Assembly (NCBI GenBank): GCA_965652375.1
Contig: CBFGUO010000018.1
Location: forward strand, 29,343-93,342
Direction: 5' to 3'
DNA length: 64,000 bases
Source of the DNA: an uncultured Opitutus sp.
GTDB taxonomy: Bacteria > Verrucomicrobiota > Verrucomicrobiia > Opitutales > Opitutaceae
In this document: piece after piece, positions 50,910 through 58,524 of the stretch
How positions within the stretch are numbered: position 1 is the stretch's first letter
How the letters are laid out: the number at the start of each line of letters is the position of its first letter
Notes under the pieces: generated by a model
Told to the model about the DNA's origin: nothing
Database searches by the model: none
Seen by the model: the letters and a program-made list of their open reading frames with translations, nothing else
Position numbers and translations under genes: made by a program

Positions 50910-51126
50910 ACCTGACCAGAGGCTAATTCGGTTCGCCGCCCCCGGACTGAAGAGGGAATCGTGAGGCGCGGCAAAAATAGCTGCGGCCGCTGAAATCCGC
51001 CGGCGGGGAAATTCTTGCCGGGCGAGTCGACGAGCGCGACAGCCGCAAGGCGTGCGAGCCGAATTGGGAGAAAGAATGAGTTTTAAGCCGCTGATAAAAA
51101 GAAACTAACGGCTCCCATCGCAACGT

Positions 51127-51142
51127 TGGCATCGGGCCTGCA
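51127..51142 (+). promoter_or_regulatory. sigma-54 promoter for the flgB operon
   Basis: TGGCAT-cgggc-CTGCA with GG-N10-GC geometry, preceded by an AT-rich stretch (51061-51110). The C of the GC lies 16 nt upstream of the ATG at 51157. Confidence 0.5.
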
Positions 51143-51156
51143 TCCGATGGGTCGTC

Positions 51157-51540
51157 ATGATCAGCCCCGTATCGCAATCCACCAATTTTGCCCTCGCCGC
51201 CAAGTTGCTCGATGCGGCGGTGATGCGGCAGGAGGCGATCGCCACCAACATCGCCAATGCCGAGACGCCCGGCTACAAGCGGCTCGACCTCAATCCCGAT
51301 TTTGCGCGGGAACTCGAGGCGCGCATGAGCCGGGGCGGCACGGTGGCCGAGATCGCCGGACTCCACCTCGAACTGAAGCCCGACGTCAACGCCCGCTCGA
51401 TGCGCCAGGACGGCAACACGGTCGAGGTCGAGAAGGAGATTCTCGAAATGAACCGCAACACCGTGACCTACGAATTCCTCACCGACTACGTGAGCGGCAA
51501 CTTCAAGGCCCTCAAGTTCGCCATCACCGGCCGCGGCTGA
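51157..51540 (+). CDS. flgB: Flagellar proximal rod protein FlgB
   Basis: ATNIANAETPGYKRLD motif, 127 aa. Confidence 0.9.
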   Translation: MISPVSQSTNFALAAKLLDAAVMRQEAIATNIANAETPGYKRLDLNPDFARELEARMSRGGTVAEIAGLHLELKPDVNARSMRQDGNTVEVEKEILEMNRNTVTYEFLTDYVSGNFKALKFAITGRG

Positions 51541-51587
51541 CGCCTTCCGCCCGCCACTCGCTTCAACCGTTTCCCCGCACCGCCGCC

Positions 51588-52001
51588 ATGAACCTGATCT
51601 CCGGAGTCGACGTTTCCGCCAGCGCCCTCAATGCCCAACGCACCCGCCTGGACATCGTTGCGCAAAACATCGCCAATGCTCACACCACCCGCGGCCCCAA
51701 CGGCAAGGCCTACCAGCGCCAGGTCGTCGCCTTCGAAACCGAAATGATGCGGACCGGGAACGGCCCCGCCCTCGCAGGCATCCGCATCGCCGGCATCAAC
51801 CGCGATCCGACCCCGGGGCAGCAGGTCAACGACCCGCAGCATCCCGATGCCGATGCCGACGGCATGGTGACCATGCCCAACGTCAATCTCGCCTTCGAGA
51901 TGGTCGACCTCATCACCGCCTCCCGCGCCTACGAGGCCAACCTTTCCGTCGTTCGCAACGCCAAGCAGATGGCCATGAAGGCCCTGCAGATCGGCCGCTG
52001 A
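51588..52001 (+). CDS. flgC: Flagellar proximal rod protein FlgC
   Basis: LDIVAQNIANAHTT and C-terminal MVDLITASRAYEANLSVV. The in-frame ATG at 51588 is chosen within ORF 51126-52001. Confidence 0.9.
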   Translation: MNLISGVDVSASALNAQRTRLDIVAQNIANAHTTRGPNGKAYQRQVVAFETEMMRTGNGPALAGIRIAGINRDPTPGQQVNDPQHPDADADGMVTMPNVNLAFEMVDLITASRAYEANLSVVRNAKQMAMKALQIGR

Positions 52002-52033
52002 CCCCGTCGCTCCTCCCCACTCCCGCGCCCGCC

Positions 52034-52378
52034 ATGTCGCTCATCAGCTCCCTCGGATCCATTGCCGGCCCCTTCGGTCCGCGCCATCCCACGCTCACCC
52101 GGATCGACACGCCGCAGCCGCCGCCGCTGCGCACGGCGAGTCCGACCAGCCTGCCCGGCGCGGACACCGCGAGTTCGTTCAGCAAGCTCATCGATGCGGT
52201 CGAGTCCAAGCAGCTCGAGTCCGCCGCCGCCGCCCGCGACGTGATGCTGGGCCGCACCGACCAGATCCACCAGAGCGTTATCGCGATGCAGGAGGCCTCC
52301 GTCTCCCTCTCCCTCATGATCGAGACCCGCAACAAACTCGTCGAAGGCTACCAGGAACTCATGCGCATGCCCGTCTGA
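52034..52378 (+). CDS. fliE: Flagellar hook-basal body protein FliE
   Basis: FSKLIDAVESKQLESAAAARDVMLG...QSVIAMQEASVSLSLMIETRNKLVEGYQELMRM. Confidence 0.85.
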   Translation: MSLISSLGSIAGPFGPRHPTLTRIDTPQPPPLRTASPTSLPGADTASSFSKLIDAVESKQLESAAAARDVMLGRTDQIHQSVIAMQEASVSLSLMIETRNKLVEGYQELMRMPV

Positions 52379-52439
52379 TGCCGCGCTCCCCCGCCGCCCC
52401 GATCCCGCCGCCTGATTTTCCTCCCCATCGCTCCAATCG

Positions 52440-54008
52440 ATGAAGTCCTTTCTCTCCTCCCTCCTCGGCCTCTGGAAAGAACTCGGTGTCAACCAACGCG
52501 TCTCGATCGTCGTCGCCGCCCTTGCGGTGATCGGCGGCCTCACCGCGCTCACCGTGTGGTCGAACCGCCCCGACTACCAGTTGCTCTTCGGCCGCCTCAG
52601 CGAGAAAGACGCCGCCGCGATCGTGTCCAGCCTGCAGGGGCAGGGCATTCCTTATGAGGTGTCGAGCGGCGGCACCGCCGTCTACGTGCCTTCCGAGCAC
52701 GTGCACCGCCTGCGCATGGACCTGGCCTCCCGCGGTCTGCCCTCCGGCGAGGGCGTGGGCTTCGAGATATTCGACAAGAACCAGTTTGGCCTTTCCGACT
52801 TCATCCAGCGCACCAATTACCTGCGCGCCCTGCAGGGGGAACTCGCCCGCACCATCGCGCAGCTCGACGGCGTGCGCGCCGCGCGTGTCATGATCGTCCA
52901 GCCCGAGAGCCGTCTCCTGCTCACCGAGCAGGGCATCCGTCCCAGCGCTTCCGTTTTCCTGGAGATCTCCGCCAATCGGCTCGACACCGAGGCCGTCAAT
53001 TCCGTGCGCCACCTGGTCGCCAACGCCGTCCAGGGCCTCGTGCCCGACGAGGTCGCCGTGATCGACCAGAAGGGCCGCGTCCTCTCCGCCGAACTCGAGG
53101 AGGACCCCATGCTTGCCAACGCTTCCTCGCAGATCCGCTACCGCCAGCAGGTCGAGGACTATTTTGCCAAGAAGGTGGAGACGATGCTCAAACCCGTGGT
53201 GGGCGAGGGCAACGTGGTCGTGCGCGTCTCGGCCGACATCGACACCGAGGCGGCCACCCTCACCGAGGAGCGTTACGATCCCGAGGCCCAGGTGGTGCGC
53301 AGCCAGACCGTAACGGAGGACTCGAACAATTCCCAGGAAGCCCGCGCCGGCGGCAATGTGGTGGGCATCAGCGCCAACACCCCGGAAGCGTCCGGCGTCC
53401 AGGGCAACAGCGGCGGCCCCACCTCCATCAACGAGCAGTCCCGCACCACGCGCACGACCGCCTACGAAATCAACCGGGTTCTCACCAACATCACCCGCAC
53501 GCCCGGCACGGTGAAGCGGCTCACCGCCGCTGTATTCGTAGCGCCACTACCCGCGGGGGCCGACGGCACCGCCGTTCCCCGCACCGAGGAGCAGCTCACC
53601 GAATTGCGCCGCATCGTGATCAACGCCCTCGGCCTGCGTGCCGAGGAGGGCCAGAACCTCGACGAACTCGTCACCCTCACCGAAATGCCTTTCGCCGCCT
53701 CCCCGATCGTCGAGGAGGTATCCCGTCTCGAGGAGGTCACCCGCCTCCAACCACTCATCGACCTGGGCATGCGCATCGGCGGCTTCGCTCTCGCCGGGCT
53801 GCTCATGCTCATCTTCTGGCGCCAGCTCAAGAAGGCCCGGCCGGAGCCCGTGCCGCTCGAGGTCCTGCGCTTCGCCGAGGAGGCCCACGCCAACGCCAAC
53901 AAGACCGGCACACTCACCCCCGAGCTCCTCACCGAACTCATCCGTCAGAAGCCCGCCAACGTCTCCACCGCCCTCCGCGACTGGGCCGGCTCCTCGTCCA
54001 AGAATTAA
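52440..54008 (+). CDS. fliF: Flagellar MS-ring protein FliF
   Basis: 522 aa with an N-terminal TM, DYQLLFGRLSEKDAAAIVSSLQGQGIPYEV, NYLRALQGELARTI and a C-terminal TM. Confidence 0.9.
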   Translation: MKSFLSSLLGLWKELGVNQRVSIVVAALAVIGGLTALTVWSNRPDYQLLFGRLSEKDAAAIVSSLQGQGIPYEVSSGGTAVYVPSEHVHRLRMDLASRGLPSGEGVGFEIFDKNQFGLSDFIQRTNYLRALQGELARTIAQLDGVRAARVMIVQPESRLLLTEQGIRPSASVFLEISANRLDTEAVNSVRHLVANAVQGLVPDEVAVIDQKGRVLSAELEEDPMLANASSQIRYRQQVEDYFAKKVETMLKPVVGEGNVVVRVSADIDTEAATLTEERYDPEAQVVRSQTVTEDSNNSQEARAGGNVVGISANTPEASGVQGNSGGPTSINEQSRTTRTTAYEINRVLTNITRTPGTVKRLTAAVFVAPLPAGADGTAVPRTEEQLTELRRIVINALGLRAEEGQNLDELVTLTEMPFAASPIVEEVSRLEEVTRLQPLIDLGMRIGGFALAGLLMLIFWRQLKKARPEPVPLEVLRFAEEAHANANKTGTLTPELLTELIRQKPANVSTALRDWAGSSSKN

Positions 54009-54012
54009 AGAA

Positions 54013-54158
54013 CTCAGATCTCAGATATCAGCCCATCTCCCCCGCGCGCACTTGTCTCCGTCTCTCTGACCTCTGACCTCCGACCTCTGACCTCCGACCT
54101 CCGACCTCTGATCTCTGATCTCCGACCTCCGACCACTGACCTCCGAAATCTGACCTCC
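54013..54158. repeat. Heptamer tandem array (CTCYGAC x13) filling the fliF-fliG gap
   Basis: 54064-54158 reads ctctgac ctctgac ctccgac ctctgac ctccgac ctccgac ctctgat ctctgat ctccgac ctccgac cactgac ctccgaa atctgac ctcc, followed directly by the fliG ATG. Two related CTCAGAT units (54013-54026) sit just after the fliF stop. Confidence 0.85.
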
Positions 54159-55181
54159 ATGGCCGACATCGACTACAGCAAACTCAACAAGCAGCAAAAG
54201 CTCGCGCTCTTCCTGATCGTCATCGGTCCGGAAGCCGCCGCCGAGGTCCTGCGTGAGTTCGACGAGGTGGAAATCGAGGCACTCTGCCGCGAGATGAACC
54301 AGTTCACCATGGTCTCCGACGAGGTGCGCCAGCAGGTCGCCGAGGAATTCACGCCCGTCGTCGGTCGCAGCGTCGTCGCCACCCGCGGCGGCCTCGAATA
54401 CGCCCGCGAGACCCTCATGCGCTCGCACGGCGACTACAAGGCCAACGCCATCCTCGGCCGCGTCGGCCTCGCCCCCACCGGCACCACCGTCGACATGGTC
54501 AACGACCTCGGTGAGATGGATGCCCGCCAGATCTTCAACCTCATCAAGCACGAGCAGCCACAGACCGTTTCCTTCATCCTGTCCTACCTGCCCGGCAGCA
54601 AATCCTCCGAGGTCTTCAGCCTCTTCGGTCCCGAGCAGCGCGAGGAGGTCCTCGAGCGTCTCGGCATCATCGAGAGTACCTCGGTCGAACTCGTCACCAA
54701 GATCGTCCGCAACCTCGGCAAGCACTTCGACAAGAAGACCCAGCCCAGCTACCACAACAGCGGTGGCGTGCGTTCCGTGGCCGACCTGCTCAACGGCCTC
54801 GACAAGGAGACCTCCAAGAATCTCCTCGGCCGCCTCGAAGAGCGCAACCCGGCCCTCGGCTCCGCCATCCGCCGCAAGCTCTTCAGCTTCGACGATCTCG
54901 GCCGCCTCACGCCGTCCGACCTGCAGCGCGTCCTGCGCGAGGTCGAGTCGTCCAGCCTCGCGGTCGCGATGAAGTCCGCCCCCGAATCGCTGCGCGAAAA
55001 GATCTACGGCGCCATCTCCAAGCGCGCCGCCGAGTCCCTCAAGGACGAGATCGACATGCTCGGCCCGGTCCGCGTCAAGGACGTCGAGACCGCCCAGGAC
55101 GGCATCATCCAGATCGTCCGCCGCCTCGAGGAGGAAGGCGCGATCGCCACCGACGGCGCGGACGCCGCCGTCGTCACCTAG
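54159..55181 (+). CDS. fliG: Flagellar motor switch protein FliG
   Basis: 340 aa: KLALFLIVIGPEAAAEVLREF... and DDLGRLTPSDLQRVLREV... match the typical three-domain FliG. Confidence 0.9.
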   Translation: MADIDYSKLNKQQKLALFLIVIGPEAAAEVLREFDEVEIEALCREMNQFTMVSDEVRQQVAEEFTPVVGRSVVATRGGLEYARETLMRSHGDYKANAILGRVGLAPTGTTVDMVNDLGEMDARQIFNLIKHEQPQTVSFILSYLPGSKSSEVFSLFGPEQREEVLERLGIIESTSVELVTKIVRNLGKHFDKKTQPSYHNSGGVRSVADLLNGLDKETSKNLLGRLEERNPALGSAIRRKLFSFDDLGRLTPSDLQRVLREVESSSLAVAMKSAPESLREKIYGAISKRAAESLKDEIDMLGPVRVKDVETAQDGIIQIVRRLEEEGAIATDGADAAVVT

Positions 55182-55221
55182 TCCCTCTCATTTCAGCATT
55201 TTCAATTTCAGCGTTTCTCCC

Positions 55222-55803
55222 ATGTCCACCTCGACCCTCATCCGCTTCGACCGCCCCCTGCGCGGCGCCCGCCTCAAGGGCCAGCTCGCGGCGGTCTCGC
55301 ACGAGGACATGGAGAAGGCGCGCACCGAGGCGTATCAACAAGGCCAGGACGCCGCTCGCGCCTTTGCCGACCAGCAGCTGGTCGAGATGCGCAGCGACCT
55401 GCAGGAGCTGCAGAACGGTCTCTTCAATGCCGTGCGCGACCTCGAGCCCGCGCTGGTCCAGCAGGTTCGCGAAGCGTTGCCGGAACTCGTGCTGGAAGCC
55501 ACCCGCCGTCTGCTCGCCGCCTTCGAACCCGATGCCGAGCAGGTCAGCGCCGTCTGCCAGGACACGCTCGATCAACTCTATCCCGAGACCAACGGACTCG
55601 AACTGCGTCTCAGTTCCCGCGACGCCGACCTGCTCGAGACGCTCAACCCCGGCTGGATGCGCCGCTATCCCGACCTGCGCCTTACCCGGGACAGCCACCT
55701 GCGCGCCGGCGACTGCGTCGTCCACAGCCGTTTCGGTGTCACCGATGCCCGGCTCGACGCCAAACTAGACAACCTCGCCCACGAACTGAGGGGCGCCAGC
55801 TAG
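55222..55803 (+). CDS. fliH: Flagellar export ATPase regulator FliH
   Basis: 193 aa with a helical N-half and C-terminal GDCVVHSRFGVTDARLDAKLDNL. Synteny fliG-X-fliI. Confidence 0.75.
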   Translation: MSTSTLIRFDRPLRGARLKGQLAAVSHEDMEKARTEAYQQGQDAARAFADQQLVEMRSDLQELQNGLFNAVRDLEPALVQQVREALPELVLEATRRLLAAFEPDAEQVSAVCQDTLDQLYPETNGLELRLSSRDADLLETLNPGWMRRYPDLRLTRDSHLRAGDCVVHSRFGVTDARLDAKLDNLAHELRGAS

Positions 55804-55808
55804 ATCAA

Positions 55809-55913
55809 GTAGGATGTATGATGTTGGATGTATGAAGTAAGCCTTCCCGCCCGCCGACCACCTGCCCAACCGCATCATACATCTCACATCCTACATCAAA
55901 CATCTCACATCCT
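55809..55913. repeat. Heptamer-unit inverted repeat filling the fliH-fliI gap
   Basis: The 5' arm is ggatgta tgatgtt ggatgta tgaagta. After a GC-rich loop, the G-free 3' arm is catcata catctca catccta catcaaa catctca catcct, followed directly by the fliI ATG. Confidence 0.8.
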
Positions 55914-57239
55914 ATGACACCCTCCGCCGATCTCCGCGTATTCGTCGACGCCCTGCGCACCCAGGTGAAGCATGCGCCGGTCTCGCGCCGCGTCGGTCGG
56001 GTCACCGGCGTCACCGGTCTGGTGATCGAATCGGACGGTCCCAATGTGGGACTCGGCGAACTTTGCCGCCTGACCTCGGACCGCGGCGACTTCGGCGTCA
56101 CCGCCGAGGTGGTGGGCTTTCGGGGCGAGCGCGTGCTGCTCATGCCGCTCGGTGAGACCGCCGGTCTGCACGCCGGTTGTGAGGTCACGGCCTGCGATCG
56201 TCCCCCTCTGCCCAAGCCCGGCCCCGGGCTGCTCGGTCGCGTGGTCGACGCCATCGGCAAACCTTTCGATGGTCTCGGCGCCATTCCCACCATGCGGGGT
56301 GACGCGGCCGCCGCCAATGTGCCGCATCCACTGCGCCGCCAGCGCATTCGGTCGCCCTTCGTCACGGGTGTCCGTGCCCTGGATACGTTCACACCGATGG
56401 GCAAGGGCCAGCGCGTGGGCATCTTCGCCGGTTCCGGCGTCGGCAAGTCGACCCTGCTCGGCATGATCGCCCGCAACTGCGAGGCCGACGCCGTGGTCAT
56501 CGCCCTCGTCGGCGAGCGCGGTCGTGAAGTGCGCGAGTTCATCGAAAAGGATCTCGGCGAAGCCGGCCTCGCCCGCTCGGTCGTGGTCGTCGCCACCTCG
56601 GACACGCCCGCGCCGTTGCGCCTGCGCGCGGCCTTTACCGCCACCGCCATCGCCGAGCAGCTACGCGACGAGGGCAAAAACGTGCTCCTGCTCATGGATT
56701 CCGTGACCCGCTTCGCCATGGCGCAGCGCGAGATCGGCCTGGCCATCGGCGAACCCCCCGCCACCCGCGGTTACACGCCTTCGGTCTTCGCCATGCTGCC
56801 GCGCCTGCTGGAGCGCACCGGGGCAGGGGAGCGCGGCGCGATCACCGCCCTTTACACCGTGCTCGTCGAAGGCGACGACATGAACGAGCCCGTGGCCGAC
56901 GCCGTGCGCGGCATCCTCGACGGCCACGTCGTGCTCTCGCGTGCCCTCGCGCACGCCAACCACTTCCCGGCCATTGATGTGCTGGAAAGCGTCAGCCGAC
57001 TGGTCGGCGACGTGTGTCCACCGGAGGACGTCGCGGCCGTGGCCAAGGCCCGCGAACACCTCGCGGTTTATCGCAAGAACGAAGACCTGATCACCGTGGG
57101 CGCCTATCAGAAGGGCGCCAATCCGGGACTCGACGCGGCCGTGCAACGGCAGCCTGGCATCGTGAAGTTTCTGCGCCAGGGCATCCACGAGCACACCACC
57201 CGCGCCGTGTCCTTCCAACAACTCAAGGAAATCCTGTGA
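55914..57239 (+). CDS. fliI: Flagellum-specific ATP synthase FliI
   Basis: Walker A at IFAGSGVGKSTLLGMI and Walker B at VLLLMDSVTRFA. Confidence 0.95.
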   Translation: MTPSADLRVFVDALRTQVKHAPVSRRVGRVTGVTGLVIESDGPNVGLGELCRLTSDRGDFGVTAEVVGFRGERVLLMPLGETAGLHAGCEVTACDRPPLPKPGPGLLGRVVDAIGKPFDGLGAIPTMRGDAAAANVPHPLRRQRIRSPFVTGVRALDTFTPMGKGQRVGIFAGSGVGKSTLLGMIARNCEADAVVIALVGERGREVREFIEKDLGEAGLARSVVVVATSDTPAPLRLRAAFTATAIAEQLRDEGKNVLLLMDSVTRFAMAQREIGLAIGEPPATRGYTPSVFAMLPRLLERTGAGERGAITALYTVLVEGDDMNEPVADAVRGILDGHVVLSRALAHANHFPAIDVLESVSRLVGDVCPPEDVAAVAKAREHLAVYRKNEDLITVGAYQKGANPGLDAAVQRQPGIVKFLRQGIHEHTTRAVSFQQLKEIL

Positions 57240-57694
57240 TGAAACGTTTCAGCTTTCCCCTCCAAGCCGTGTCCACCGTCCGCGTGTGGAAGGAAGCCAA
57301 GGCCCGCGAGGCCCTCGCCGTCGCGGTGCAGGCCTACGTCGACGCCGAGGAACACCTCGCCGCGCTGCGCACCGAGGCCGACGAACTCGAAGGCATCGTG
57401 CGTCGCGCCCGCGAAAACCATTTCAAACCCGCCGATCAGGCCGCCTTCCTGCACGCCTACAGCGTCGCCGCCAACGCCGTCATCGACGGCGAGCGCGGGG
57501 TCGCCGAGGCCAACGCCGCGCTCGAGGAGGCCCGGTCCGACTGGCGCGACGCACGCGCCGCCCTCAAGGCCGTCGAGTCGCTCGAGAAACGCGCCCGCGA
57601 ACGGCATCGCCTCGACCAGGCCCGCGAGGAACAGGCAATGCTCGATGAGCGCGCCGCCACCCTCCACGCCCGCTCCGGAGGGCTGTATTCATAA
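57239..57694 (+). CDS. fliJ: Flagellar export chaperone-like protein FliJ
   Basis: 151-aa coiled-coil protein (MKRFSFPLQAVSTVRVWKEAKAREALA...). TGATG overlap with the fliI stop. Confidence 0.75.
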   Translation: MKRFSFPLQAVSTVRVWKEAKAREALAVAVQAYVDAEEHLAALRTEADELEGIVRRARENHFKPADQAAFLHAYSVAANAVIDGERGVAEANAALEEARSDWRDARAALKAVESLEKRARERHRLDQAREEQAMLDERAATLHARSGGLYS

Positions 57695-57742
57695 TTCCGA
57701 TATACGGCCGCCGGTCGCCGGCGGCTCCCGCACCCTGCTGCC

Positions 57743-58351
57743 ATGAAAAAACTCCTTCCTGCTCTCACGATCCTGATCGGCGCCGGCCTCGGGCCCAGCG
57801 TTGGCCTCTTCGTGTTTGTGAAGGGTTCCGCACCCTTCATCCGCGAGGCGGTGGCTCGCCAGCAGGAGAAGACCGAGGCTGTTGTGATTCCCAAGAAGCC
57901 GTGGGATTTCTGGACGGTCGAAATCGACAAGCTGGCGGATGAACTCGAGGCGAAACTGGAAAACCTCGCCGACCGTGAGGCCGACCTCGTCGCCCGCGAG
58001 GCCCGCATGGCCGCGGCAATGGAGGAACTCAATCAGGCCCGCGCCGAGATCGATGCGCTGCGCAACGAACTCACCAAGCACGTCGGCCAGCTCAAGGAGT
58101 CGGAGATGAAAAACATCCGCGCCTTGGCGGCGACCTACGGCGACATGAAGCCGAGGGCCGCGATTCCGCTCCTGCGCACGCTCTCCGATGATACGATCAT
58201 CAAGATTCTCGCCGTCTGGAAGCCCGACAACGTGCGTCCGCTCCTGGACGAAATTTCCAAAAACGCCGCCACCGATCCGGAGATGGTGCAGCGCGCCGGC
58301 GTCTGGTCCGAGCGTCTGCGCCTGCTGCCGCGCACCCCGGTCAGCGGCTGA
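57743..58351 (+). CDS. MotE/YlxF-like flagellar protein (TM + coiled coil + MgtE-N-like domain)
   Basis: N-terminal TM, a coiled coil, and IRALAATYGDMKPRAAIPLLRTLSDDTIIKILAVWKPDNVRPLLDEI. The position between fliJ and fliK matches Bacillus ylxF. Confidence 0.65.
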   Translation: MKKLLPALTILIGAGLGPSVGLFVFVKGSAPFIREAVARQQEKTEAVVIPKKPWDFWTVEIDKLADELEAKLENLADREADLVAREARMAAAMEELNQARAEIDALRNELTKHVGQLKESEMKNIRALAATYGDMKPRAAIPLLRTLSDDTIIKILAVWKPDNVRPLLDEISKNAATDPEMVQRAGVWSERLRLLPRTPVSG

Positions 58352-58361
58352 CGCCGACGGC

Positions 58362-58462
58362 GAGTGAGGAGTGAAAGGGATAAGTGAAACGGTCCCCTAC
58401 TTCGTCCGTCCCTTTCCCTCTCACTCTCACTCCTCCCTTTCACTTTCCCTCTCACTCTTCAC
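58362..58462. repeat. Heptamer-unit inverted repeat in the gap upstream of fliK
   Basis: The 5' arm is gagtgag gagtgaa agggata agtgaaa. After a loop, the pyrimidine-rich 3' arm is ccctttccctctcactctcactcctccctttcactttccctctcactcttcac. Confidence 0.75.
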
Positions 58463-58524
58463 GCCATTTCCCCCTGGGAGCCACGGACGGCACCCGCGAT
58501 TTGCCCAAGACGGGCCAGCCATGA

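Noticed and set aside
50915-50960. sigma-28-like TTCAGTCC-N11-ACCGAATT upstream of cheR.
   Set aside because: Both boxes match only 4/8, indistinguishable from chance.
54064-54158. Tandem repeats considered as a CRISPR array. The 43-bp tandem repeat at 32147-32216 was considered the same way.
   Set aside because: The units are only 7 nt with no spacers. The other case has only two copies with a 16-nt spacer. No cas genes are in the window.
54021-54755. Minus-strand ORF with an RSEVGGQRSEVRGQR repeat at its end.
   Set aside because: It is antisense to fliG, and its repeat is the reverse translation of the CTCYGAC heptamer array.
58488-58505. sigma-54-like GGCAC...TTGC upstream of fliK.
   Set aside because: The GG-to-GC spacing is 14 nt rather than 12, and there is no T before the GG.
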